64,000 nt of DNA from Flectonema sp. DT1601 (taxonomy: Eukaryota): contig OZ025793.1 in assembly GCA_964019425.1 (NCBI GenBank), positions 124,001 to 188,000 on the forward strand. Reading direction: 5' to 3'. The notes beneath the pieces were generated by a model. That model ran no database searches, was not told where the DNA came from, and worked only from the letters and a program-made list of their open reading frames with translations. A program made the position numbers and the translations under genes. Positions 23,976-33,791 of the stretch are shown here, piece after piece (the first letter of the stretch is position 1; each line of letters starts with the position of its first letter).

Positions 23976-24410
23976 AATGACAGTTTGTTGATCCAACTGC
24001 CCGCATGCAATGATACAGAAATACTGTTTTTGAAGAGAGAAAAGTTGAAACAGTCGGGCAATACAAACAAACTTCTGATAACACCACCGTCCAGTCTGTT
24101 GACAAAGAAGGTGAATGATGAATTAATGTGTACCAAATATAACAAAATCTCTTCTCCAAATAAAATAAATAAAAAAAGGTGCAGAGGAATAGCTGCCGCA
24201 GAGAGATCCGCGAAGGTTCTAGAAAATAAAGAAAACGAGATAGGACTGAATAGGGGGAAGGAGCAAAGCGAATTTAACAACCCGCAATGCCAACAACCAT
24301 AATATAAACAAACTTAGAAGTTAAGCAACGATTAATAGTTAGGTGAATGACAGCGTGTCTTGTACTTCTTTTTGTTGGTTTTGTTATTTAATTTGTCGAT
24401 TCGAATGTAT

Positions 24411-27400
24411 CTACGAGTCATCTGAAACTGAGCCAGCACTTGAACCACTTTCAGTTCCTTCAGAAGAGAAGCTTTCTTCATCATCACCACCTTCATTATC
24501 AGAGTCAGATTCGAGTGAGATTTCAGAACTGCCGTCGTCTTCATTCTGACAAGTGATAGCGGCAGCATCATCAGCGAATCCATTGCTGACCTCCACATCA
24601 GTTTTTGTGGTCGACGAATCTCTTTCGTTAGCAAATATAAATGAAACAGTTTTCGCACCAAACTTCCTAAGTAGAATATCATTCCCCTCCGAAGGTGAAT
24701 TGAAATGTTTCCATCCTTTTAATTCATCCATACGAGGACCAGAACGTTGATGTGTTTTAAATACCATCGACTTCTTATCATCACTTACCTTCTTTACTTC
24801 TTTACATTTACACCCAAGAAGGTCGTGAGTTTCGCAATTAGTGTCGTACTTGAGCTGAAAGAGAGTTTTCAATTCATTATTAGTAAAGTGTTGCTTTGAT
24901 GTGTCTGTTGCGTCCATCACATTAGCTGAGAGTCCTTGTTTACTTACCTGACGTTGGTAGATCTTTTCTTCTATAGTACCAGTACTGAGCAGTCGGTATA
25001 TAAAAACTTTTTTACGTTGACCGTCTCTCCAAACTCGTCCCATGGCCTGAGCATCATTAGCTGGGTTCCAATCCGGATCATACAGAATGAGTCTGTTAGC
25101 ACCTATCAAGTTGAGACCAACACCACCTGCCTTACTTGATAGTAGGAATACAATTTCTTGTGATCCTGCGACGTTGAACTGATCGACAAGTTGTTGTCTT
25201 TTCTTAATTGGTGTGTTGCCATCTAATTGAAAATATCCAACAGAAAGACTTTTACACAAAGCTGCGATCACATTAAGTGTTTGTGTGTAGTTACTTACAA
25301 TTACTACTTTGTCTCGAGTACGGACCGGCATCACTCGGAGTTCCTTCAGCATGGCATCGACGAAATCGAGTTTACCGCTGTTGTCACTGTCTGATGTATG
25401 GATTTTATATCGACTTGGAAATGATTTTTTTAATTTTGCCATCTTTCCTCTTCCGTCTGTTAATACTTCCCATATTAAGTCAGGATGGTTACACAACTTC
25501 TTTAACATCGTAATAGTTACGAGTGCTGGGGATGCCTTCTTTCCATCATCATCTGTATCACCCTCACCGTCAGAATACAACTTAACAATACTTTCATAGA
25601 TCGCTAATTGTAATTTTGAAAGTTTTATAAAAACAGTCTGTTCTATCTTTGATGGGAGGTATTTCTCGTTGATGGTTTGCTTTCGTTGGAGGATGAATTT
25701 TCCAGTCAATGTTGCGAGATATTGGGCACGAGAGCCTCCAATAATCTTTTCAGGATCTGGACAAATGGGTTCTCTTCCGATCATAATAGGAACTTCGAAA
25801 ACAGTTTTAAAAGTAGTGATATTACCAACAACACCAGGATTACAAAAGTTAACCATCGCATGGAATTCACCCAAGTCATTTTGTAGTGGGGTTCCAGAGA
25901 GGATAACACGTCTGGTTGTCGGGATCATATCGACTGCTTTGGTAGTTTTAATTTCGGCATTTTTAAGTCTATGTCCCTCATCACAAATAACTAATCCAAT
26001 ACAGGCCATTTCTTTGAATCTTTTTTCATATTTACGAAGTTGGTCGTAACTAATAACTAAAACATTTCTATCTTGGCTATGCTGAAAGGTATTCAATATA
26101 CGATCACCCTTTGCAGTAGACTGAGCAATCGCACACGGATTAACCTTTCCCTCGAGCCATTTCTCTAGTTCGTTACACCAATTTTGAACTAATGATGATG
26201 GTGCGACTATGATAGCTTTTCTTGCAAGTCTGACGCCGTGTTTTCCCTGTTGAAGAGCTGTCCATAGAAGGGCGATTGCTTGGATTGATTTTCCTAAACC
26301 CATCTCATCAGCGAGAATACATCCATGATGACCAGAGACTCTGTCCCCGTTAATACAATCCCACATGAACTTAACTCCAATTATTTGATGAGGTCGAAGT
26401 TTGTCTCCAATTTCCGGATCGACAACAACATTCACAAGTGGTCTTCTCATAGAATCAACTTTATATTCCGCTCTAAATAGAACAACAGCTTTTTCAGTAT
26501 TCGGATCGAATAGTTGATTTGGTACAGCAGTCTCTGCTTCAGTCTTTTTTTTCGGCATTATAAATCCATTCTTTGGTTTGTACATTTTAAACCGAGCAGG
26601 TCTGAACTTCGTTAAGATTCCAGCGCTCTTTGATACCATGGAAGTACCGTATGATATTCCAGGTTTACCAGTGTGAGACAAGTGGTTATCATCACCTCTA
26701 ACTGTTTTACGAATTTCCTTTTCTTCTGCTCGCCGACGCTGTTTTTCAATCTGACGACGTTTTTGGTTTTTTCTAAGAAAAAATGAACCTCCCAAGAATT
26801 CATCTTCATGGACTGCAGGTCCAAGTTTTATTTGTTTGGTTGAGAGACGAATGTCGTCATTCATTTTTATTTTACAAACATCAACGCTAATTGGATATCC
26901 TGGATGGGGCTTATTACCAAATTGCTTTCCTGTTCGGTCAAATAATTGTCCAGCACACATGGGAGCGTCGAGAACGACTATTCCTTTTCTTTCATGACGT
27001 TGTCCAGTGTGGTTTGTAACTTTAGCTTCGAAATACAATCTCGATAATTGAGATATTGGGAGTCGAGGAATCTTCTCACGTGGATTGCCATCCTCGTCAA
27101 GATCTTCCTCACTTGAAGATGAAGAAGAGCTTTCTGTTTCTGACTCAGAGTCACTGTTGAGGAGATCTCTTGTTATAGTCCGGCCTTCTGATTCTAATTG
27201 TGCGATCTTTTCCTTTTTGTCTTCACTTTTCTTTTTCGACGACTGCTTCTTTCTCATTTCAATTATCGCTGGTGGTAGATCTAGATTTAAACTGACTGGA
27301 TCTTCGAGTTCCTCATCTGTACTCGAGTCGGAAACACCTTCTTCAACTTTTCTTATTTTAGTCATCGGTTTCCCATCATCAAGTCCCTTACTCTTTAGAT

Positions 27401-27680
27401 TATCGCGTAGTATCTCTGAAGAAGTCCTGCCTTGTGTTGGACGATAAAATGACTTCTTGGGAGTTGGCTTCTCCTCGTCAATTTTCTCTTTTGAGTATTT
27501 CCCAGGAGGCTTGAAACCGCTCTTTTTTCCGAGCCCTCCTCGCAGCGATGGTACTTTTGGTTTTATCCGCGTCGTGTTGCTGTTTTCCTTATCAGAAGCG
27601 TCTTCCTTCTTGCACGTTCCTGGAGCCTTGAATCCCTTTCGGACCAAACCTGGCAGCCGGGGCTTAGCCATGGACACCAT
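24411..27680 (-). CDS. RAD54: DNA repair and recombination SNF2-family ATPase RAD54
   Basis: VVVDP...KLRPHQ..GVKFMWDC, GCILADEMGLGKS, ICDEGHRLKN, LSGTPLQNDL.EF, LKKLCNHPDL, FLLSSKAGGVGLNLIGANRL, DPDWNPAND.QAMGRVWRDGQ, CETHDLLGCKC. Confidence 0.95.
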   Translation of the reverse strand: MVSMAKPRLPGLVRKGFKAPGTCKKEDASDKENSNTTRIKPKVPSLRGGLGKKSGFKPPGKYSKEKIDEEKPTPKKSFYRPTQGRTSSEILRDNLKSKGLDDGKPMTKIRKVEEGVSDSSTDEELEDPVSLNLDLPPAIIEMRKKQSSKKKSEDKKEKIAQLESEGRTITRDLLNSDSESETESSSSSSSEEDLDEDGNPREKIPRLPISQLSRLYFEAKVTNHTGQRHERKGIVVLDAPMCAGQLFDRTGKQFGNKPHPGYPISVDVCKIKMNDDIRLSTKQIKLGPAVHEDEFLGGSFFLRKNQKRRQIEKQRRRAEEKEIRKTVRGDDNHLSHTGKPGISYGTSMVSKSAGILTKFRPARFKMYKPKNGFIMPKKKTEAETAVPNQLFDPNTEKAVVLFRAEYKVDSMRRPLVNVVVDPEIGDKLRPHQIIGVKFMWDCINGDRVSGHHGCILADEMGLGKSIQAIALLWTALQQGKHGVRLARKAIIVAPSSLVQNWCNELEKWLEGKVNPCAIAQSTAKGDRILNTFQHSQDRNVLVISYDQLRKYEKRFKEMACIGLVICDEGHRLKNAEIKTTKAVDMIPTTRRVILSGTPLQNDLGEFHAMVNFCNPGVVGNITTFKTVFEVPIMIGREPICPDPEKIIGGSRAQYLATLTGKFILQRKQTINEKYLPSKIEQTVFIKLSKLQLAIYESIVKLYSDGEGDTDDDGKKASPALVTITMLKKLCNHPDLIWEVLTDGRGKMAKLKKSFPSRYKIHTSDSDNSGKLDFVDAMLKELRVMPVRTRDKVVIVSNYTQTLNVIAALCKSLSVGYFQLDGNTPIKKRQQLVDQFNVAGSQEIVFLLSSKAGGVGLNLIGANRLILYDPDWNPANDAQAMGRVWRDGQRKKVFIYRLLSTGTIEEKIYQRQVSKQGLSANVMDATDTSKQHFTNNELKTLFQLKYDTNCETHDLLGCKCKEVKKVSDDKKSMVFKTHQRSGPRMDELKGWKHFNSPSEGNDILLRKFGAKTVSFIFANERDSSTTKTDVEVSNGFADDAAAITCQNEDDGSSEISLESDSDNEGGDDEESFSSEGTESGSSAGSVSDDS

Positions 27681-28421
27681 GTTGTGTGGTAGTACACACC
27701 TGTTATGAAAAAATTATTATTTCTTAATAATAATTATAATAAATGTGTGATCAAAATGTTGTCAATCTGTGAAATTAGAAAAATTGAAATTAATCTGATG
27801 GAGGACTGAATTCGAATAGAAGAGGACGAACGAGAAAATAATAAACATTGGAAAGAACTAACTGCAGCACATTGAACGTGAAAATAAAACCTTCTCCCCC
27901 AGAATTCAGATTATTCTGCCTCCAGTGGAGTATCAGGTGTCAGTTCATTTTTCGATCAACATTTTTATTGTAACTAAAGCAATGGGTTTTAACCTTTTAT
28001 TTTCTTTTTTTTTTTTTTTTTTTTCAGTTAATAAAAATACAATACACAAACAAAAACAGTACATTCAGAACAGAACCATAATTAATTTAAAAAAACACTA
28101 TTTTTATATTTAAGGCACGTAGGCTTGTCTCAAAATAGTTATTTTAAACCTTTTTTTTTTTTTTTTTTTTTAAATTATTTTTTCCTTGATAAAAAGCGCG
28201 TTAAGCGATCATCGGAAGGAAGGTAAGTCGAGACGAGAAAAACACAAAAAACAAACGAGGCCCCATTAAAGAGGCTGGATGTGTTAAAAGAATAGAGGGA
28301 AAAAAGAATTCCCATCTTTTTTTTTTTCTTTCTGTTATGATAAGTGCTGTTGTGGAGACTCGCTGATCTCATCATCCATTCGCTGAAGTTATCAACAGCA
28401 AGCAGGAGAATCGTAATTTAA

Positions 28422-29672
28422 CTAGAACCTCGGTCCTGGGTTCGTTGCAGGCATTTCTAACACATCTCCATACGTAAATTGCGGAGGTGAATTATACGGT
28501 GATCCATACGGCGGTGAGTTATACCCTGGAGCTGTAGTGTCATATGGACTGCCGAAGGAGGATCCGGTCGAGGAAATTTGCTTCAGCTGGTTATCAGTTT
28601 CTTTCTTTTTTTTATTACTCTTCGATTTCTTCACACAAACGAATGCAACAATTCCAATAATAACAACGGCAGCAATGATCGCAAGTGCGATAATCAAAGC
28701 AAGCTTATTACTATCGTTACTTTTATTGTTTGTATCGGCAACAGGGACACCTGTAGTCGGCTCTGGACTCGGTCGAGCAACTGTAGGTACCACCGGATTA
28801 AATGGAGGAGCAGTAGTTGGCCTCGAAGTCCTTGCGATAGCATTACCCGCTGCATCAGTTGCCTGTGGGACTGCTGCATTAGCAGGAGGAGGAAGTGTAT
28901 TCGGAACAGTTGGCGGGAATGGAGTATTCGTAAATTGTCTCCAACGTTCCCAATTAGCAGCTGTCGGTACTGGTGTTGGTCTTGTTGTGAAGAATGGTCT
29001 TGGAGTTATTGTTGTTGGAAGAGGTACATTAACACTTGCCTGAGTAACTAATGGTACAGGTGTCCTAATAGTCGGATTAGGAGTAAAGAATGGTCGAGGT
29101 GTTGGAACACTTGTTACTAATGGAGCTCCCACTACATTACCATTCTGATCGACTGTTCCTCCAAGTTGACGACCACCACAGTCAGCACAGTCTTCACCAT
29201 AACGACATCTTGAAGTTGTTGTCCCTGGACCACCATCTTCACATTGACCATTTCTTGCAAAAGGACAAACATTCACACAAATAACTGCAATGGGTGGTCT
29301 TGGGGTCGCTCCTGATGGAAGAGGTGTCGCAGGAGGATTTCTATCAACTAAAGGAGCTGTGTAATCACCAACATCAGTTGGACCTGGTGTTGGTGTTACT
29401 GTTGGAGCATAGTATCTTGGATTAGGTGCTGGTGAAGGAGTATTAGGAAAGGTTCCTTGATCAGATTGTGTTTGGAAAGGACATGTTGGGCAAGCTGGAT
29501 CAACTGGTCTCAGTTGTGGTGGAGGAGGTTGAGGTGTTGTGTTATCGGGATAAAGACTTCCACAACCAGCTCTACTTCTACATGGGAATCCTCCAGCTGC
29601 TGTATTCTGACCATCCACTGATAGAAACAACATCGACACTACAGCCACCCACCTTACTACTCTCACCGTCAT
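28422..29672 (-). CDS. Pro/Thr-rich mucin-like type I membrane protein with a small Cys-rich module
   Basis: Signal peptide MTVRVVRWVAVVSMLFLSVDG; module CVNVCPFARNGQCEDGGPG..CRYGEDCADCGGR; TM LALIIALAIIAAVVIIGIVAFVCV followed by KKSK; Tyr-Pro-rich tail. Confidence 0.85.
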   Translation of the reverse strand: MTVRVVRWVAVVSMLFLSVDGQNTAAGGFPCRSRAGCGSLYPDNTTPQPPPPQLRPVDPACPTCPFQTQSDQGTFPNTPSPAPNPRYYAPTVTPTPGPTDVGDYTAPLVDRNPPATPLPSGATPRPPIAVICVNVCPFARNGQCEDGGPGTTTSRCRYGEDCADCGGRQLGGTVDQNGNVVGAPLVTSVPTPRPFFTPNPTIRTPVPLVTQASVNVPLPTTITPRPFFTTRPTPVPTAANWERWRQFTNTPFPPTVPNTLPPPANAAVPQATDAAGNAIARTSRPTTAPPFNPVVPTVARPSPEPTTGVPVADTNNKSNDSNKLALIIALAIIAAVVIIGIVAFVCVKKSKSNKKKKETDNQLKQISSTGSSFGSPYDTTAPGYNSPPYGSPYNSPPQFTYGDVLEMPATNPGPRF

Positions 29673-30355
29673 CTTTCCAGAGTCACTCTGAGAGGAAATA
29701 AATCAATAATAAGTTAAAAAAAATTTAAAAAAAATTTCTTCTCAGTTTTTTTTTTTTTTTCTCAGAGAGGTCATACCCGAAAGGGCCGAGCAGTCTCCTC
29801 TGGTTCTTCGCGGACCGTCTCGATTCAAGACGAAATTGCCTCGCTCGACTGCAAACCCCTCTCTTTTCGGTTCGATTCCCTGTGACGAACTTTTTTTTTC
29901 AATAAACAAGCAAAAAGCCAAAATTGATCCCCCACTCATATCTATCGCAATATTTTAACAACAGTAATCTGTAGGAAGGAAATAGAAACTTCACAACATC
30001 CACAGCCACAAATATCAGCGATCATTAATGATGAATGATCGATAAACTCATCGATTCGAAGAAAGCTGACTCCTCGATGACTCCCCTCAGTGAGCATCGA
30101 ATATGAAATCAACAGTAGACATGTCTTCCGCTCGTACCGGACTATCCCTTGAGATGGGATTGGGTCTGATAATATCATTTATTACAACTACGTGAAAGTC
30201 AATGTAAGTAAGTAATGACAACCTGCTATTGGGATTGTCTACTCTGACTCTCGTCGCTGTTGTTCATCACAATTACGAAAACAGGCAGTCAAGTGTGGCT
30301 ATTTTTTACTCAGAAAAAACTATCGTGATTCACCCTGTTGGTACTCTCCTAACTT

Positions 30356-31663
30356 CTAGTATCCTTTAATTCGAAGAGGGTTTCTGGTATCGAGAAACTG
30401 ACAAGCTTTCACCGCTAATGTTGGAATTATAATGTAAGGAATAATTGCACGGGGTCTCCTGGTAAACTTCATTGACAACGCTGGGAACATTCTGTGGAAA
30501 CGAGGCCCAAGTAGTAATTGTTGTTTAGCAGTCATAACCTTTGGTACTAATGCATACCAAGGGAATGGTATCCCAAACAGAAATAGAATCATAAAAGCTT
30601 TCTGATAACTGGAAAACTTAAAGTCGTACAGCTCTGTTGTTATATCATGTATAGATGCGTAGCGTTCGTTGACTGTTATTGGGATTTGTCTTCCTCCAGG
30701 GATTGGGTTCATAGACATCCCTAGTCTTTGTAAAGCTCTTTTCCTGTGATCAGTACCCCATCCTTCTAAGTAAACATATCTACGGTCTTCTAATTGTTTA
30801 TCTAACCACTGACCTGTGTAAGTTCCAAATACAGTACTGGCTAACCCACTCAGTAAGGCGGTAAGAACAACAGTTCTCTTCTGTCCTTTGAAACCCCATT
30901 TAAAGTATTGTCTGACAACAGAATAACTAACAGCTGCCGTAAAGTAGTAACTCGCATCTATCGACGCGTCTATAATACGAACGTAGTCTCTAATGTGGAT
31001 TATATCGTCGTTCGTCATTGATGCTCGTCCTACGCCTGCAGCTTTCAGACACTGAACTGCCAGAGTCTTTGTTACTAAGTCCTTTGCAGTTTTGTATGTG
31101 ATGTCAATTCGTTTCATAATTTCTGTTCTGGCTGTCACACCAACAGCAGCGTCTAATAGGTAAGGATTTGATATAGCATAGGCAGTAAGACCAACAGAAG
31201 CTCGTTCTGGCATAACTTCTCTAGAGCGAAGCATATCAACTTGTGAGTAGGTGTTTTCTAATATCATTTTATGAGAATTTTCATTACGTGCCATGTGACA
31301 GAGCAGTGATGCTACCGCATGTTTAGTAAAATTACATTTCTTATCATCCCCCACTAATTCTAACATTCGAAAGAACCTGTCTCTTACTAAAGGTCCAAAA
31401 CTTCCTTCGTACATGAGGCAGTTTTTTAGCATTCTACATCCTGCTCTCTCAGTGTCTTCTGATCTGCTGTCAAGCATTGCAACGAATTGTTTTTCTAAAC
31501 CCCTGTCAGTGATCATTGAAAACACTGGGTCGTGGATTGCTGCAATCTCTGCGACTTTAATTAAATTATCTTCTCCCCCGACTCCTTCTTCAATTTGCTG
31601 AAGAAGTATATCAACGTAGTTGTGCACGTGCAAAGATACCTCCCTTTGAATGTTGAGTGCCAT
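30356..31663 (-). CDS. Hypothetical protein, helical (ARM-like) N-terminus with hydrophobic C-terminal segments
   Basis: 435-aa ORF with natural composition on the cluster strand; no family recognised. Confidence 0.7.
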   Translation of the reverse strand: MALNIQREVSLHVHNYVDILLQQIEEGVGGEDNLIKVAEIAAIHDPVFSMITDRGLEKQFVAMLDSRSEDTERAGCRMLKNCLMYEGSFGPLVRDRFFRMLELVGDDKKCNFTKHAVASLLCHMARNENSHKMILENTYSQVDMLRSREVMPERASVGLTAYAISNPYLLDAAVGVTARTEIMKRIDITYKTAKDLVTKTLAVQCLKAAGVGRASMTNDDIIHIRDYVRIIDASIDASYYFTAAVSYSVVRQYFKWGFKGQKRTVVLTALLSGLASTVFGTYTGQWLDKQLEDRRYVYLEGWGTDHRKRALQRLGMSMNPIPGGRQIPITVNERYASIHDITTELYDFKFSSYQKAFMILFLFGIPFPWYALVPKVMTAKQQLLLGPRFHRMFPALSMKFTRRPRAIIPYIIIPTLAVKACQFLDTRNPLRIKGY

Positions 31664-32428
31664 CTCTGTTTATGTCTGTAGTAACAAATATATAGATAAA
31701 AATAAAAGTTTAAACGAGCATCCACTAACTAAAATGACAACCAACTCTACAAGGCAATGTTCAGGGTCATTACGATTGTGAGAAAATATAATCATTCGGT
31801 CTTTACGCAGTATTTTATAATAAGAATTTGCCGTAAATCTGGTTAAATCCATTAATGGAATATATGCGTTTTGTATTCTTACTTATGACCAAAAAACAGT
31901 GACAATTATATATTTCAGATTGAAGTTATTCGCTGCTTCTGTCCTAAGTGACAAAAGAAAAAAAAAATTATTTTTTTAAAAAAAAAAAAAGAATTGACGG
32001 GGAAGGGAGAATGAAAAAATAAAATAAAACAACGTGTGAAATGAACAAAACCAAGTCGCATACCACGGAGACAAATAGATGCCTGCCGACAAGTATTGTA
32101 ATTAATTGCACCTTACTGGTAGAGAGGGCGTTTCGTAAGAGTAAGGGGAAAAAAAAATAAATCGTCGCTTCCTTTCTTTTTATTACATCCCCCCGTGTTA
32201 TTAGTGAAGGAGATGGAAGTCAGTCAGAGAAACTCGAAATCACATCAAAAAAAGAAATAAGTAAATAAAATATACCAAAATAATTTTCTATTTCAGTACC
32301 GCAGGAAAAAGCTCACCAAGAGGATACCTGAAGACAGCCTCAACTTTTTCTTAGAAGCTTAGTCAACAAAAAAAGAATTAGGTGACGACGTCTGCTCCAG
32401 TTGGTCATTTAGACATATGAGCAGTCGT

Positions 32429-32459
<31 letters not shown>

Positions 32460-33020
32460 CCTTGCGGTTTTTTTGTTTTACGGTCAATTGTTTTGTTGCA
32501 ACATTACCGTTAGACACCGCACGAATACACTCATGCGGGGTCGCCAAAATACACTTCCTGAACACAGTTAAATGTCCAATACAAAAATAAGTGAGGTTTT
32601 CGCTAAGCAAAATTCGCAACTCCAGCTGGTGGAAGAAAACATCACATTCACTTTATTCAATGGTTGTGCCACTAAGGGGAAAAAGCGGTGGCGTGCGTGC
32701 GTATATCTAACGACGAGAACACACACTACTACAACTAATAAATGAATGTCTTTAGAGACAAAAGGGAAAAGGAAATAAAAAAAAATCAATCGAATCGTTC
32801 TAATGGAAAACGAACAATAAAAAAAAAAAATGCTATTGACAACAAAGGAAGGGGGGAAAAAAAAAAGAAGAAAAAAAATTGCAACCAACAAGTGATTATT
32901 CATGAAAGTTTAAAAAATAAAATAAAATAAAAAACGTTACAGAAAATAGAAATTTCATAGGAAATGATAAGTGTTTTTTTTTGAATGTACAAATACAGCA
33001 AAAAAAAAGTTTATTCTTTA

Positions 33021-33139
33021 AAACCATTCAGATACAGCCTTATATTGTGTTGATAGCAGACAGCTTTACTGGCGCATTAGGGAAATAGATAACTGAAACA
33101 GCTCTTAATCTGAATAGTTTTCTTCTCCGACTCCGTCAG
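33021..33139 (-). other. Structured dispersed element, copy 1 (paralog of 44534-44671)
   Basis: Inverted repeat AACCATTCAGAT...ATCTGAATAGTT, then TTCTTCT and a CCGAC-N3-GTC(A/G)G hairpin, all shared with copy 2. Confidence 0.75.
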
Positions 33140-33791
33140 AAAAAAAAAAATATTTTTTTGTTTAAAAAAAACTGTTTACCTATTTGATACTACTCTACTG
33201 TAATTGACACAAACTGAAAAAACAAAAAACAAAAAAAATACATTAAAAAAAAAACAGGGAAAAAAAAACAAATCTCAACCCGTAATAGTTTCCCCAATGA
33301 CAAAGCTCTGTGGACAAATATTTACAAATAATTATTGGGTCAAACTACACAGTTTCTAGAGGGGTCAGGTGTTACCTCCCTCCTCTTTTCAATATTTCAT
33401 ATAAAAATCGTTAGTTATTTTTTTTTTTTTTTTTTTTTTTCATCTATATTTTTGTGGCTATAAAACTGTCTACTGCAATTCTCACTCTTACTTCACCATA
33501 AGAGGGGGGTTTTTTCTTCACATAAAAAACGCAAAGGATCTTCATTAAGAAATTCGTTACGCTAATATGAGAAATGAGGAAAACAAAAAAATAAGAGACT
33601 TGGATAAATAAATAAGGGGGTAAAACATAATAGTGAAAAGAACAAAACAAAACAAAACAGAACAAAAATACGAGCAAAAGGCCCCCACATGGCAATGCCT
33701 AACTGCGATATGCTAGACAAGGCCCGTAGTTTCTGCATCTCTTGTAAATACTCAAAGGATATAATAAAGTACTAAACTACGTTACGGATGT

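Noticed and set aside
29869..29880. B-box-like GGTTCGATTCCC suggesting a tRNA
   Set aside because: The T-stem does not pair and no cloverleaf can be built.
31988..32008. GAATTGACGG resembling a conserved SSU rRNA motif
   Set aside because: Only about 10 nt match, with no flanking rRNA similarity or snoRNA boxes.
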